Source of the DNA: Candidatus Methanoperedens sp.
Lineage (GTDB): Archaea; Halobacteriota; Methanosarcinia; Methanosarcinales; Methanoperedenaceae
DNA: 32,000 nt
Reading direction: 5' to 3'
Assembly: GCA_026552975.1 (NCBI GenBank)
Contig: JAPMTR010000074.1
Location: 6,313-38,312, forward strand
The position numbers were made by a program, and so were the translations under genes. The notes under the pieces were generated by a model, which had not been told where the DNA came from, searched no databases, and worked only from the letters and a program-made list of their open reading frames with translations. Below, one piece after another: positions 7,272-16,013 of this stretch (positions within the stretch are counted from its first letter, which is position 1; every line of letters starts with the position of its first letter).

Positions 7272-7853
7272 ATGAGTAAAAATTATATTATTAAATTTGC
7301 ATTAATTTTCCTGGTTTTCATACTTTTAGCCGGGTCTGTTTCTGCTCTGTCATTTAATACTTTTTTTGGATCAGGCAGCGATACGCTCTCAAAACAATTA
7401 ATAGAGATCGATCAAAAAGTTAACCTGATCTCTGGAAATGATCGGATTATGAAGTTCATAAATATTAATATGAATATGAAGAACAAGAACGTTGATACAA
7501 TAGTTATCTCGATAAAAGAAAATAAGAAAATCGTAACTTCATATTACATAATAAGAGCTAAAAATATAAATGATGCCGCAGTTGTTACTAAAACTCCCCC
7601 GAAAAAAATGGGGACAGTATGGAATTTCAATCCGAATGCACGCCAATCCATCGATGGATTAAATTTAGCACAACAGGGTGTATCCCTCTATGATCAACAC
7701 CCCAGATCCAGGTCTGATATAACATTCTTTTTGCTTAAAGGGTACTTTTTATATATATCGGTACCAAGCCAGAATGTCCCTTCAATGAGTCAGATCATCC
7801 AGAACTCCAATTGTGATATATGCAGGAGAGCGGTTGCCCTTATTGGGATGTAA
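7272..7853 (+). CDS. secreted or anchored hypothetical protein
   Basis: 193 aa with a signal-like N-terminus (IIKFALIFLVFILLAGSVSA). No family recognised. It ends with a CDIC motif. Confidence 0.55.
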   Translation: MSKNYIIKFALIFLVFILLAGSVSALSFNTFFGSGSDTLSKQLIEIDQKVNLISGNDRIMKFININMNMKNKNVDTIVISIKENKKIVTSYYIIRAKNINDAAVVTKTPPKKMGTVWNFNPNARQSIDGLNLAQQGVSLYDQHPRSRSDITFFLLKGYFLYISVPSQNVPSMSQIIQNSNCDICRRAVALIGM

Positions 7854-7870
7854 AATTCCAATAATATTAT

Positions 7871-9409
7871 ATGAATAAAAGATTTCTTTTTTATTTTCTT
7901 TTTGCTTTATTGATCTTAAACAGTGGTTGTGTTGAGCAGGAAACCCGATCAAGATCACTCAATTATGCAGAAATTACAGGAACAGTGATCACAGAAACAC
8001 TTCTTATTGATCTAGGCTATTTTTCACATTTCCCTGAGAATTTCAAAGTTAGCCCGGATAGCAATCGATTCGCTTATCTGGAAGAAAAAGGCAACAAACA
8101 ATTTATTGTCATTAATGGAAAGAAAGAAAAACAATACGATGAAATTGGCGGGTTTATTTTCAGCCCTGATAGCAAGCGTCTGGCTTTCGAAGCAAAAGAG
8201 AATGGAAAGTGGTTCGCAGTTATTGATGGAAAAGAAGGATCTCACTATGACGGTATAAAAGACCTGGCATTCAGTATGGATAGCAAGAGGCTGGCTTATA
8301 TGGCCAATGAGAGCGATCAATGGTTCATCGTTATAGATGAAAGCGAGGGTAAAAGGTACAATAGTACAAGATTGCCTGTATTTAGCCAGGATAGTGAACA
8401 TATAGCCTATGAAGCACGAGTAGGGGGTACATGGTTTGTAGTTGTAGATGGAAAAGAACAAAATGAATATAATAACAGTTTAACTCCTCTTTTCAGTCCT
8501 GATAGTGACCGGATGGCATTTGTGGTACAGGATCAAAAAAAATGGTTTGTAGTTGTTGATGGAATAGAAGGAAAAAGATATGATTCTATTCTCATGAATA
8601 CCCTGATGTTTAGCCCGGATAGTAAAAATATTGTTTATGTAGCAAAAAATGATGGAAATTGGTTTGTAGTAGTCAGTGAAGAAGAAGAAAAAATATATGA
8701 TGAGATCCTGAAATACACCCCCATCTTCAGTCCGGATGGTAAAAGAATAGCTTACGCTGCAAGTGAAGGAAATAGTATGTTCGTGGTTGTTGATGGAAAA
8801 GAAGGGGAAAAACACGCAAGTATATTGAAACATTCCATTTCTTTCAGTCCAGATAGTGAACGGATAGCTTATGTAGCAAGAGATTCTGATAAATGGTTCG
8901 TTGTAGTGGATGGGAAAGAAGGAAACAGGTATGATGAGATCCTGAAATACTCACCAGTTTTCAGCCCGGATAGCAAACGAGTAGCATATGCAGTGAAAGA
9001 TAATGACCAATGGTTCGTAATAGAAGAAAATTCACAAGGAACTACGCAAAAAAGTACAAAAATTAAAGAACAGATTTCTTTTAGCCCGGCTCAGGCATAT
9101 CATGCTTCTTCAAAGAATAACTTCGCAGACACTCAGTTCACAATAAACAAAACAGGGAAGCAATACTACGATGTAATCGAAGGTTCATTGACTTTTAGCC
9201 CGGATAGTAAGCATCTGATCTATGGTGTTGTGGATAGTAATGGCCAATCAGTGGTCGTGGATGGAAAGGATGGGAAACCTTATGATTCAATTATTTTTAT
9301 CTATAATGGAGGAAGTATTTTTTTTGATTCAAAGGATAGTTTCCATTTTCTGGCACACAAAGGGAAAGGTGTTTATCTGGTAGAGGAGATTGCAGCTACA
9401 GTAATATGA
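7871..9409 (+). CDS. lipobox-like repeat protein, probable beta-propeller (PD40/TolB-like or WG-like repeats)
   Basis: 512 aa. The N-terminus is MNKRFLFYFLFALLILNSGC, a signal peptide followed by Cys. Then come 11-12 tandem units of 37-39 aa with consensus FSPDSKR(I/L)AY.a....kWFVVVDGKEG.rYD.I. Confidence 0.75.
   Translation: MNKRFLFYFLFALLILNSGCVEQETRSRSLNYAEITGTVITETLLIDLGYFSHFPENFKVSPDSNRFAYLEEKGNKQFIVINGKKEKQYDEIGGFIFSPDSKRLAFEAKENGKWFAVIDGKEGSHYDGIKDLAFSMDSKRLAYMANESDQWFIVIDESEGKRYNSTRLPVFSQDSEHIAYEARVGGTWFVVVDGKEQNEYNNSLTPLFSPDSDRMAFVVQDQKKWFVVVDGIEGKRYDSILMNTLMFSPDSKNIVYVAKNDGNWFVVVSEEEEKIYDEILKYTPIFSPDGKRIAYAASEGNSMFVVVDGKEGEKHASILKHSISFSPDSERIAYVARDSDKWFVVVDGKEGNRYDEILKYSPVFSPDSKRVAYAVKDNDQWFVIEENSQGTTQKSTKIKEQISFSPAQAYHASSKNNFADTQFTINKTGKQYYDVIEGSLTFSPDSKHLIYGVVDSNGQSVVVDGKDGKPYDSIIFIYNGGSIFFDSKDSFHFLAHKGKGVYLVEEIAATVI
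8039..9371 (+). repeat. in-frame tandem coding repeat, period about 111-117 nt, 11-12 units
   Basis: DNA-level recurrence of ttcagcccggatagcaa and tggtt(c/t)gt(a/t)gt(a/t)gt(g/t)gatgg(a/g)aaagaagg. An exact 21-mer, tatgatgagatcctgaaatac, occurs at about 8694 and about 8930. Confidence 0.8.
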
Positions 9410-9435
9410 ATTCAAGAAATATTCAAAATGAGCAT

Positions 9436-11691
9436 TTAGTTCACCTTAATTACCCTTCCATTCATAATATCGTTCTGCGTTACTTGAACAAAAATACTTG
9501 AATTATCATATTTCAGGTTATAATCTTTTAATAATCGAGTCTGATAAGGGCTATCACTGGAATATGGAACAATAAATTCAAAATATCCCTTCTCATCAGC
9601 TTTTGTTTCCTGGAAATAATCATATTCACGTTCCTGGTTTGTAATAATTGTTCCTTTGATCAGTAAAGTCCCATTGGATGATGAATTTCCTATAATTTTG
9701 GCGCCTTTTACATATTCGAAGATTTTAATATTCTTAGTAATTTTATCCATCAAATTATAATGTGTTTCATTTGATTCATATATCATCCTGTAATTTCGAA
9801 GCCCATTCCCATCAAAAACATGAAGCCTGGCATACATAGACCTGGCATAATCTACATTTGGAAGATTGTTTCCATCCAGGAACATTCCAATATCCTTATC
9901 TGCAAAACTCACAATAGCCATGAATGTCCCTTTTAATACGACCTGGTTTCCCTGCTGGAATTTATTTAATCCCATCCTGTGATCAACGATAACATACCTT
10001 GCTTTTCGCTTATTCATCATACTGTTCGCATTTATCTCATCTGGTTCAACAAAAAATCTTGCAGCTTCATCCCCGCCTATCTGGAAATTATTAGCCACCA
10101 CCGGACGTTTTGAAATATACAGGATCCAGTTCCCATAATCCCACCATGTCATAATGCCATATTGGGGACTTTTTCCAGGATCCGGACTATTTTCCCTCAA
10201 CCAGGTCAAAGAATCGTACCAGTCATCTGTTGGTTTTGGTGGGGACTGAGCCATATTATATGCCTGTATAGCGTTTGGAATAACAAGAATGGCAAGAATG
10301 ACCAATGCTATATGACCTGATTTCAGGCCAGAATATTTAAATTTAGAACTATTTTTAATAATATTATTAACATGAAATATTATCTTATCTAAGAAGAATC
10401 CTGACAATAACACAATATTAACAGACAGCATGTATGAAAAGCGCCTCTGGTACAGGGCAAGCGCCAGGACTATTAATGTCCAGATCAAAAAGAACAATGT
10501 TCCTTGATCGATTCCTTTTCGATAACAATATAATAAAAAGAAAAACCCGATTATTGCAAAATAGAAACTAAATGCGAATTGATGCCAGACAGGATTGCTG
10601 AAAAATTGCCACCCCAGGAAGACCCCGTCAAATGTATAAAATAATGGCTGAGCCTCCACTATTTGTTTTAATACAGGTGCATCCCTGAGTAAATATCCTA
10701 TACCATTCATTAAACTGTCATAAAAAGAAGGCACGGTTAAGGATATGACGCTAAATAAAGATAAAAAACTTATTATAAGTAATAGTGGATATAAATACCA
10801 TTTCTTATCTTTCAAAATGCGGAAAGTTAACCCTGAAAAGATCACTATTACTGCACAAGTTATGACATATAAAGGCTGGAAATATGAAAGTGTCCCGAAT
10901 TGTAATGCTTTTTGCCATGGTGTCCAGAGATAAAACAATATGATCGTAAAAAAGGCAATGGAAAATGAAATAATTCCACTTTTTAGAAGATTATCAGATC
11001 CAACATTGGATTTTCTGTTCTGGATGAATTGAAATATTATATACAATAAAATTATTCCTATAAATATAGGAGCACCGATCCATGTAAGGAAAGATAATCC
11101 TATAATGATCCCTGATAAGATTGAAAACTTATTGAATTCATTTTTTAATGACATGATGAAAAACAAATATGCAAGAACTGAGATCAGAACCTCTGAAATA
11201 TGATGGTCAACAAATCCCAAAAATGAAATCTGGGCATGCGCTGGCATCACTGCAAGTAAAAGAGAGCTATAAAGACCAACACGCTCATTAAAAATTTCTT
11301 TTGAGATATAATATACCGAAATTATCGAAAATATTCCTAATATAACAGGAGTGAAAGCGCCTATTGTTTCAATAAGGTGTACGCCCGGACTGCCAAAACC
11401 AGCAATTATAGATACAAGCGCTATAGTTTGATCAAAAAGGGGCGGCCATCCAATAATTGCACCATATGGATAATTTATGAATGGTTCGAAAAAAAATGTT
11501 CCGGGGAATGTATCAATAAACGAAAATACCCTCCACATATGGTAATAAGGGTCAGTCTCAAGAAAAACGATCCTACCCTGCTCAAACACCTGTGAAAATG
11601 TAAAGAGTCTTACAATAAGACCGATCAAAAGTATTACAAATAAAAATATGGAGCTCTGAGAGTTTATCCTGATATTTTTCAAATGTGACAT
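9436..11691 (-). CDS. aglB: archaeal oligosaccharyltransferase AglB (STT3 family)
   Basis: 751 aa with about 13 N-terminal TM helices and a soluble C-terminal domain. The WWDYG catalytic motif is at aa 516-520 (nt 10132-10146; I verified atgacatggtgggattatggg on the minus strand). Acidic loop motifs ETDPYYH (aa 45-51) and GFVDHH (aa 159-164) are present. Confidence 0.95.
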   Translation of the reverse strand: MSHLKNIRINSQSSIFLFVILLIGLIVRLFTFSQVFEQGRIVFLETDPYYHMWRVFSFIDTFPGTFFFEPFINYPYGAIIGWPPLFDQTIALVSIIAGFGSPGVHLIETIGAFTPVILGIFSIISVYYISKEIFNERVGLYSSLLLAVMPAHAQISFLGFVDHHISEVLISVLAYLFFIMSLKNEFNKFSILSGIIIGLSFLTWIGAPIFIGIILLYIIFQFIQNRKSNVGSDNLLKSGIISFSIAFFTIILFYLWTPWQKALQFGTLSYFQPLYVITCAVIVIFSGLTFRILKDKKWYLYPLLLIISFLSLFSVISLTVPSFYDSLMNGIGYLLRDAPVLKQIVEAQPLFYTFDGVFLGWQFFSNPVWHQFAFSFYFAIIGFFFLLYCYRKGIDQGTLFFLIWTLIVLALALYQRRFSYMLSVNIVLLSGFFLDKIIFHVNNIIKNSSKFKYSGLKSGHIALVILAILVIPNAIQAYNMAQSPPKPTDDWYDSLTWLRENSPDPGKSPQYGIMTWWDYGNWILYISKRPVVANNFQIGGDEAARFFVEPDEINANSMMNKRKARYVIVDHRMGLNKFQQGNQVVLKGTFMAIVSFADKDIGMFLDGNNLPNVDYARSMYARLHVFDGNGLRNYRMIYESNETHYNLMDKITKNIKIFEYVKGAKIIGNSSSNGTLLIKGTIITNQEREYDYFQETKADEKGYFEFIVPYSSDSPYQTRLLKDYNLKYDNSSIFVQVTQNDIMNGRVIKVN

Positions 11692-11712
11692 TTTTTACGA
11701 TTAGCAATACCA

Positions 11713-11738
11713 GGATTTCCACGAATCCGTGAAAATCC
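11713..11738 (-). other. 11-bp stem-loop in the fwdC-aglB intergenic region
   Basis: ggatttccacg (11713-11723) aatc cgtgaaaatcc (11728-11738). On the minus-strand RNA the single non-Watson-Crick position is a G-U pair. It overlaps three ATCCG(T/C)G repeats starting at 11725, 11735 and 11744. Confidence 0.45.
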
Positions 11739-11773
11739 GCGCGATCCGTGTTCTATTATATTACTGATGCAAT

Positions 11774-12532
11774 TCATTTCACATACAACAGGCCTTTCCC
11801 ATTGCCAATAACATCACCTGTATATTTTTTATAGGTTACGCCATCCACAATCTCATCGCCTTCAAGCTTAAAGACTGGCATCATCTCTTCCACTTTTCCA
11901 TTCACGATTATTGTGCCTTTTGACATCTCGCTCCCGGGACGGCTGGTATTGCCACCGATCACGATCTTTCCGCCATTGTTGCTCAATCCAGGAAGTATGC
12001 CTGTGTTCCCTTTCACTATGATCTCACCGCCGCACATATGCTCGCCAACGAAATCAAGTGCATTGCCCATTACGGTTATTTTGCCACCGCGCATGCCGCA
12101 GCTCTCACCGCGATATCCGGCGCCAAGGTAATAAGCAGCATTTCCTTCAATAATAAGCTCGCCGCCTTTCATTTCCCGCCCTGCCCAGGAGTCAACATTG
12201 CCTTTTACTGAGATTTTCCCGCCACTCATTTTCGCGCCAAGGTGCATGTCCACGTTACCAGTTATCAATATCAGGCCAGCGGTCATTCCTTCGCCGATCC
12301 TCTTTACACGTGAGAAGTCACCTTCAAGAATGATCTTTGTGTCTGCTGCTGGACCTGAACCTTCCACTTTTACAGAGAATAACTCTCCGATCGTTGTCTT
12401 CTGATTCCCCATCCATGCAACAAGCGCATGTATCTCTTTTTCAGTCTTCCCTGAAAATATATCCGCAGATATATTTTCACCCTCAACTGATATTTTTATT
12501 TCTTTCTTTGGTTTTAATGTAACTGTCTGCAT
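11774..12532 (-). CDS. fwdC: formylmethanofuran dehydrogenase subunit C
   Basis: 252 aa of repeated G-x-x-G-x-x-G beta-helix units (GNVDMHLGAKMSGGKISVKGNVDSWAGREMKGGELIIEGNA...), typical of FwdC/FmdC. The start overlaps the fwdA stop by 1 nt. Confidence 0.92.
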   Translation of the reverse strand: MQTVTLKPKKEIKISVEGENISADIFSGKTEKEIHALVAWMGNQKTTIGELFSVKVEGSGPAADTKIILEGDFSRVKRIGEGMTAGLILITGNVDMHLGAKMSGGKISVKGNVDSWAGREMKGGELIIEGNAAYYLGAGYRGESCGMRGGKITVMGNALDFVGEHMCGGEIIVKGNTGILPGLSNNGGKIVIGGNTSRPGSEMSKGTIIVNGKVEEMMPVFKLEGDEIVDGVTYKKYTGDVIGNGKGLLYVK

Positions 12533-14253
12533 TAGTTCACCTCCGCAGGAATGATTCCGGCTTTTACAACCTGCTGGTGAGTGAGATATTCATCCTGCAC
12601 CATATAATTTGCAAGTTGCATAGAATAATAATTCTTGAATTTCTTGACAATATCCTTCATCATTTCATCATGATGCTGCTGCGGGACTTTTGCATCGACC
12701 CAGTATGTCCTTCCCAGAGGCGTTGCTGTGATCTGTCCATCTTTCACCACAACATTGCCGCCTTTTATCGTATAAGCAGCTGAAGAGAATGCGCTCTTTA
12801 TCTTTGCATGCTCAACTGTTGGGTCTATCTGGTCAGGTTTGATATCATATATTGAAATATCAGCATCTGCTCCAACGCCAAGATGACCTTTCGTATCAAG
12901 AAGCCCTAAAACCTTAGCTGTACCAGCTCTTGTCATAATGGCTATTTCACTGAAATCCAGCTCACGATCAAGCCCGGGCAATTTATTCTTTGCATGTACT
13001 GCTTCATGTACCGTCTTGATCTCTTCCTGGCGCTTCTTATTGCTCATAAGAAGTGCTATGACTTCCGAATAATTCACGAACGGCCCGCCATTGGGATGGT
13101 CAGTGGTCAAAAGCATCTGGTACGGGTCTTTTGTCAGTAAAGCAAGTTCAAGACCTATAGCCCACATGATAGCATGAACTGAGATCTGTTTTACATAATA
13201 AATTGGCACAACGCCCGATGCATCCTCAAGTTCAACATCCCCATTGCTCCATTTAGCATGCAATAATTTTGCATTGGCATATTGCTTTGGACCATCCGCG
13301 GTCATGGTCGTTGCGCTTCCAAAGATCATCTGTCCCATATCACCTGTTACATTTTTGTGATTGTTCAGGAAATTAGCGACCTCATCAGCCTTTGATTCAA
13401 AGTCCCCCCAGTTGGTGCCGCCCCATGAATTGAACAATAAATGAGTGACGTGCATTACCTGCCTTTTCTTGCTGGCTTTGACCTGGTTGGCCAGTTCCAT
13501 GCTCGCAAGGGTGGTCTTATAATTTCCAGGATTTCCAAGATTGTTGCAGTGTAGATGCACAGAATGCGGAAGTCCCAGCATCTCATTGACTTTCATCAAG
13601 GATACTATGATCTCTTTTGGGGTCACATCAAAACCAGGGACAACATCGTCAATACCTGTTACGTTCTTGCCAAAGCCCCACATCTCGCCGCCGCCTGGAT
13701 TTACGCATTTGACGCCAAATCCCCTGCTTGCAAGAAGACCCCATGACACATAAGCAGCAAGCTTATCCATGTCCTTCTCGCGCACAAAGTCCATTGTAGG
13801 CCAGTTGCTCCCAAAAAGCGTGAGCGCGCCTTTGTCGATTATGGGTATTTCTTCAAGTTCCTCGTGCGTATGACGGGCTTTCATAATAGCCTGTGCAGCC
13901 TCAAAAACTGTTGTATAACCCATCTGTGCATAGCGATATCCCATTGCATAGACATTAGGCACTGTGTATCCTGTGCATGGTCTTGTTATTTTTGTCCTGG
14001 GTGAAATACCTGATCTGCTGTCCTCAGGACGCATCATTCGTCCCACATTGACTTTTGCACCTGCTATGTGGGAATGTGCATCTACGCCCCCTGCCATGAC
14101 CAGTCTTCCGCCTGCATCAATTATAGTTGCTTTACTGCTAACTGTTTTCACGATCTTGCCATCTTTTATGGAAATATCGGTTTTATCTCCCTTATTGCCA
14201 TTTACCGGGTCAACGACCGCGCCATTCTTTATAAGAAGTTCCATTTTATTCAC
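12532..14253 (-). CDS. fwdA: formylmethanofuran dehydrogenase subunit A (amidohydrolase fold)
   Basis: 573 aa. The metal-binding motif GGVDAHSHIAG lies near the N-terminus. Length and operon context match FwdA. Confidence 0.92.
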   Translation of the reverse strand: MNKMELLIKNGAVVDPVNGNKGDKTDISIKDGKIVKTVSSKATIIDAGGRLVMAGGVDAHSHIAGAKVNVGRMMRPEDSRSGISPRTKITRPCTGYTVPNVYAMGYRYAQMGYTTVFEAAQAIMKARHTHEELEEIPIIDKGALTLFGSNWPTMDFVREKDMDKLAAYVSWGLLASRGFGVKCVNPGGGEMWGFGKNVTGIDDVVPGFDVTPKEIIVSLMKVNEMLGLPHSVHLHCNNLGNPGNYKTTLASMELANQVKASKKRQVMHVTHLLFNSWGGTNWGDFESKADEVANFLNNHKNVTGDMGQMIFGSATTMTADGPKQYANAKLLHAKWSNGDVELEDASGVVPIYYVKQISVHAIMWAIGLELALLTKDPYQMLLTTDHPNGGPFVNYSEVIALLMSNKKRQEEIKTVHEAVHAKNKLPGLDRELDFSEIAIMTRAGTAKVLGLLDTKGHLGVGADADISIYDIKPDQIDPTVEHAKIKSAFSSAAYTIKGGNVVVKDGQITATPLGRTYWVDAKVPQQHHDEMMKDIVKKFKNYYSMQLANYMVQDEYLTHQQVVKAGIIPAEVN

Positions 14254-15544
14254 CCCTTAATTCTCTCACACGTTGCGTTATCTTTTCAAGAATCTCAACA
14301 TCTGTTGGAAGTGTAGGTTCGATCATCTTCCTCATCCGCATGGATACTCCATCCATCCTGTATGCTGTGCCTTCAACCTCCACGCCGCAGATCGCTACGG
14401 GAATGACCACATTGGAGACCTCTGTTGTTGGATTCCAGTATGGGTCGATCTGGACCACGGGGATCCTTGCAAGATGGCGCACAGAATCTGCCGGGAAATG
14501 AGCGCCTGCGTCACCAGCGATTATCATTGCAGCATCTGTTTCTTTTCTCATCAGCACATCGTTCGCAGCGGTCTCGCCTGGATTATAATATGGAGCGCCT
14601 CGGGCAAAATCAACTGCAGTGGCAAAACCTGTTTCCCATGAACATACCTGTCCGAAACCTGTGACATTATAGTGTCCGCGCATGGGTGTTATTACATATT
14701 TTGTATATGCGTTCAACTCTGTTATGAGTGAAATGGCATTGTCTATGTTCTTGTATCTGGATATGCTCTGGGTAAGACCCATACCGAAAAAGACCGCGCC
14801 GAATTTTGCAGCCTTAAGTGTATCCACAAGTTTTGAAAGCTGCTCTTTTGTAACGCCGCCAACTGATTCTGGTACAACGTCCGCATGCCCTGAAAGTATG
14901 GCGCGAAGAGCCGAAATAACAAGGTAATCGCTTCCCTGCTGCACCTGTACGAATTCATCTGCCATGGATGCAGTTTCAGTCTTCCTGACGTCAACCACTA
15001 TAACTTTTCGTCCTTTACGCCCTTTTTCCTGGAAGAATCCTTTTGCAAAGACAGAATATCGTCCCATGTGCCTTGGGTGGGCATGGACAGGATTGCTTCC
15101 CCAGAATACAACCACATCTGAGCGGTTCTTTACCTGGCCAAGGGTGGCTGTGGGAAGACCTTTTTCATGAACGGCAAGTGTTGATGGCGCGTGGCATACT
15201 GTCGCTGTATTATCGATTATCGCCCCTACTTCCTCTGCAAGTAAGATCCCTTTTTTATGAACTTCACACACAGCTGACGCCCAGCCATACATTAAAGGCC
15301 TTTTGGATTTAAATAGTATCGAAGCTGCCTCATTTATGGCTTCGTCATAAGAAACTTCCTTGAACTCGGATTTTTTATCAGCCCTCATCATCGGGGCTTC
15401 TATTCTGTGATGCCCCATTATTTTTGCCGAGCCCAGTTTACAGGCGTTTTTAATATCAGTTATCTTGTTGTTTTCCACAACAATGGTCAGGTCATCGCAC
15501 AAACAGCCGCAAAAAGGGCAAAGTGCATCTGTTATTACTGTCAT
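14246..15544 (-). CDS. fwdB: formylmethanofuran dehydrogenase subunit B (molybdo/tungstopterin subunit), cysteine type
   Basis: 432 aa. N-terminal FeS motif CPFCGCLCDD. Cys117 in DNTATVCHAPS is at the position of the metal-ligating Cys/Sec. No in-frame TGA. It overlaps fwdA by 8 nt and fwdD by 1 nt. Confidence 0.92.
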   Translation of the reverse strand: MTVITDALCPFCGCLCDDLTIVVENNKITDIKNACKLGSAKIMGHHRIEAPMMRADKKSEFKEVSYDEAINEAASILFKSKRPLMYGWASAVCEVHKKGILLAEEVGAIIDNTATVCHAPSTLAVHEKGLPTATLGQVKNRSDVVVFWGSNPVHAHPRHMGRYSVFAKGFFQEKGRKGRKVIVVDVRKTETASMADEFVQVQQGSDYLVISALRAILSGHADVVPESVGGVTKEQLSKLVDTLKAAKFGAVFFGMGLTQSISRYKNIDNAISLITELNAYTKYVITPMRGHYNVTGFGQVCSWETGFATAVDFARGAPYYNPGETAANDVLMRKETDAAMIIAGDAGAHFPADSVRHLARIPVVQIDPYWNPTTEVSNVVIPVAICGVEVEGTAYRMDGVSMRMRKMIEPTLPTDVEILEKITQRVRELRGE

Positions 15545-15921
15545 TACTTATACCTCGCGATCAAATCTTTCATGGATAATATTTTTTTATCAGTAGGCTC
15601 TAACCGCGCCTTTATTCCTTTAAATCCTGGCATCCCGCAGCCCTTTGTATCAGGATCAACAACAGCATTTGCCCACGGCCCCATGGGAATGAAAGCCATG
15701 CCGTCAGGATTGCCATTGTTCTCTTTTAATTTTACGACCACATCACCGTGATCTGTCTTTACAGATATCTGGCTTCCTGGTTTTATCCCAAGGATGCCTA
15801 TATCCTTTGAGTTCAATTCACATAAAGCGGTCGCTTCCTGATAATCCAGGGACGTCTTGTTCTCGATAGTCGCTCCCTGGTTTATTGTTCTTCCGGTTAT
15901 CAGTATTGCATTTAATGTCAT
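15544..15921 (-). CDS. fwdD: formylmethanofuran dehydrogenase subunit D (molybdopterin dinucleotide-binding domain)
   Basis: 125 aa. ILITGRTINQG... and the beta-barrel-like remainder are typical of FwdD. It is the first gene of the D-B-A-C operon. Confidence 0.88.
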   Translation of the reverse strand: MTLNAILITGRTINQGATIENKTSLDYQEATALCELNSKDIGILGIKPGSQISVKTDHGDVVVKLKENNGNPDGMAFIPMGPWANAVVDPDTKGCGMPGFKGIKARLEPTDKKILSMKDLIARYK

Positions 15922-16013
15922 CTTACACCCTTTTTTTAAGGATGTAAATAACTTCCATATTTAAAAAGTATGTGATTTAGTTTGAGATATTGTTTCAGAA
16001 AAAAATTAAAATA

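Noticed and set aside
8024-8833. Two minus-strand ORFs (145 and 117 aa) within the repeat gene
   Set aside because: They are antisense shadows of the 512-aa repeat protein. Their sequences are low-complexity (F/I/N-rich) with no signal or motif. The plus-strand frame has the consistent repeat logic.
8039-9371. Periodic DNA repeat considered as a CRISPR-like or satellite array
   Set aside because: The period of about 111-117 nt is in frame and encodes a conserved ~39-aa protein repeat. There is no alternation of short identical repeats with unique spacers. It is a coding repeat.
14246-15544. Possible selenocysteine (TGA) or pyrrolysine (TAG) recoding in fwdB or its neighbours
   Set aside because: The fwdB frame is uninterrupted and has Cys at the metal-ligand position. 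No gene in the window shows an in-frame stop that would extend a recognisable domain.
11913-15751. Numerous plus-strand ORFs (61-122 aa) across the fwd operon
   Set aside because: All are antisense to long, motif-supported fwd genes in the GC-richer part of the window. Their P/S/R/L-rich composition is typical of antisense frames.
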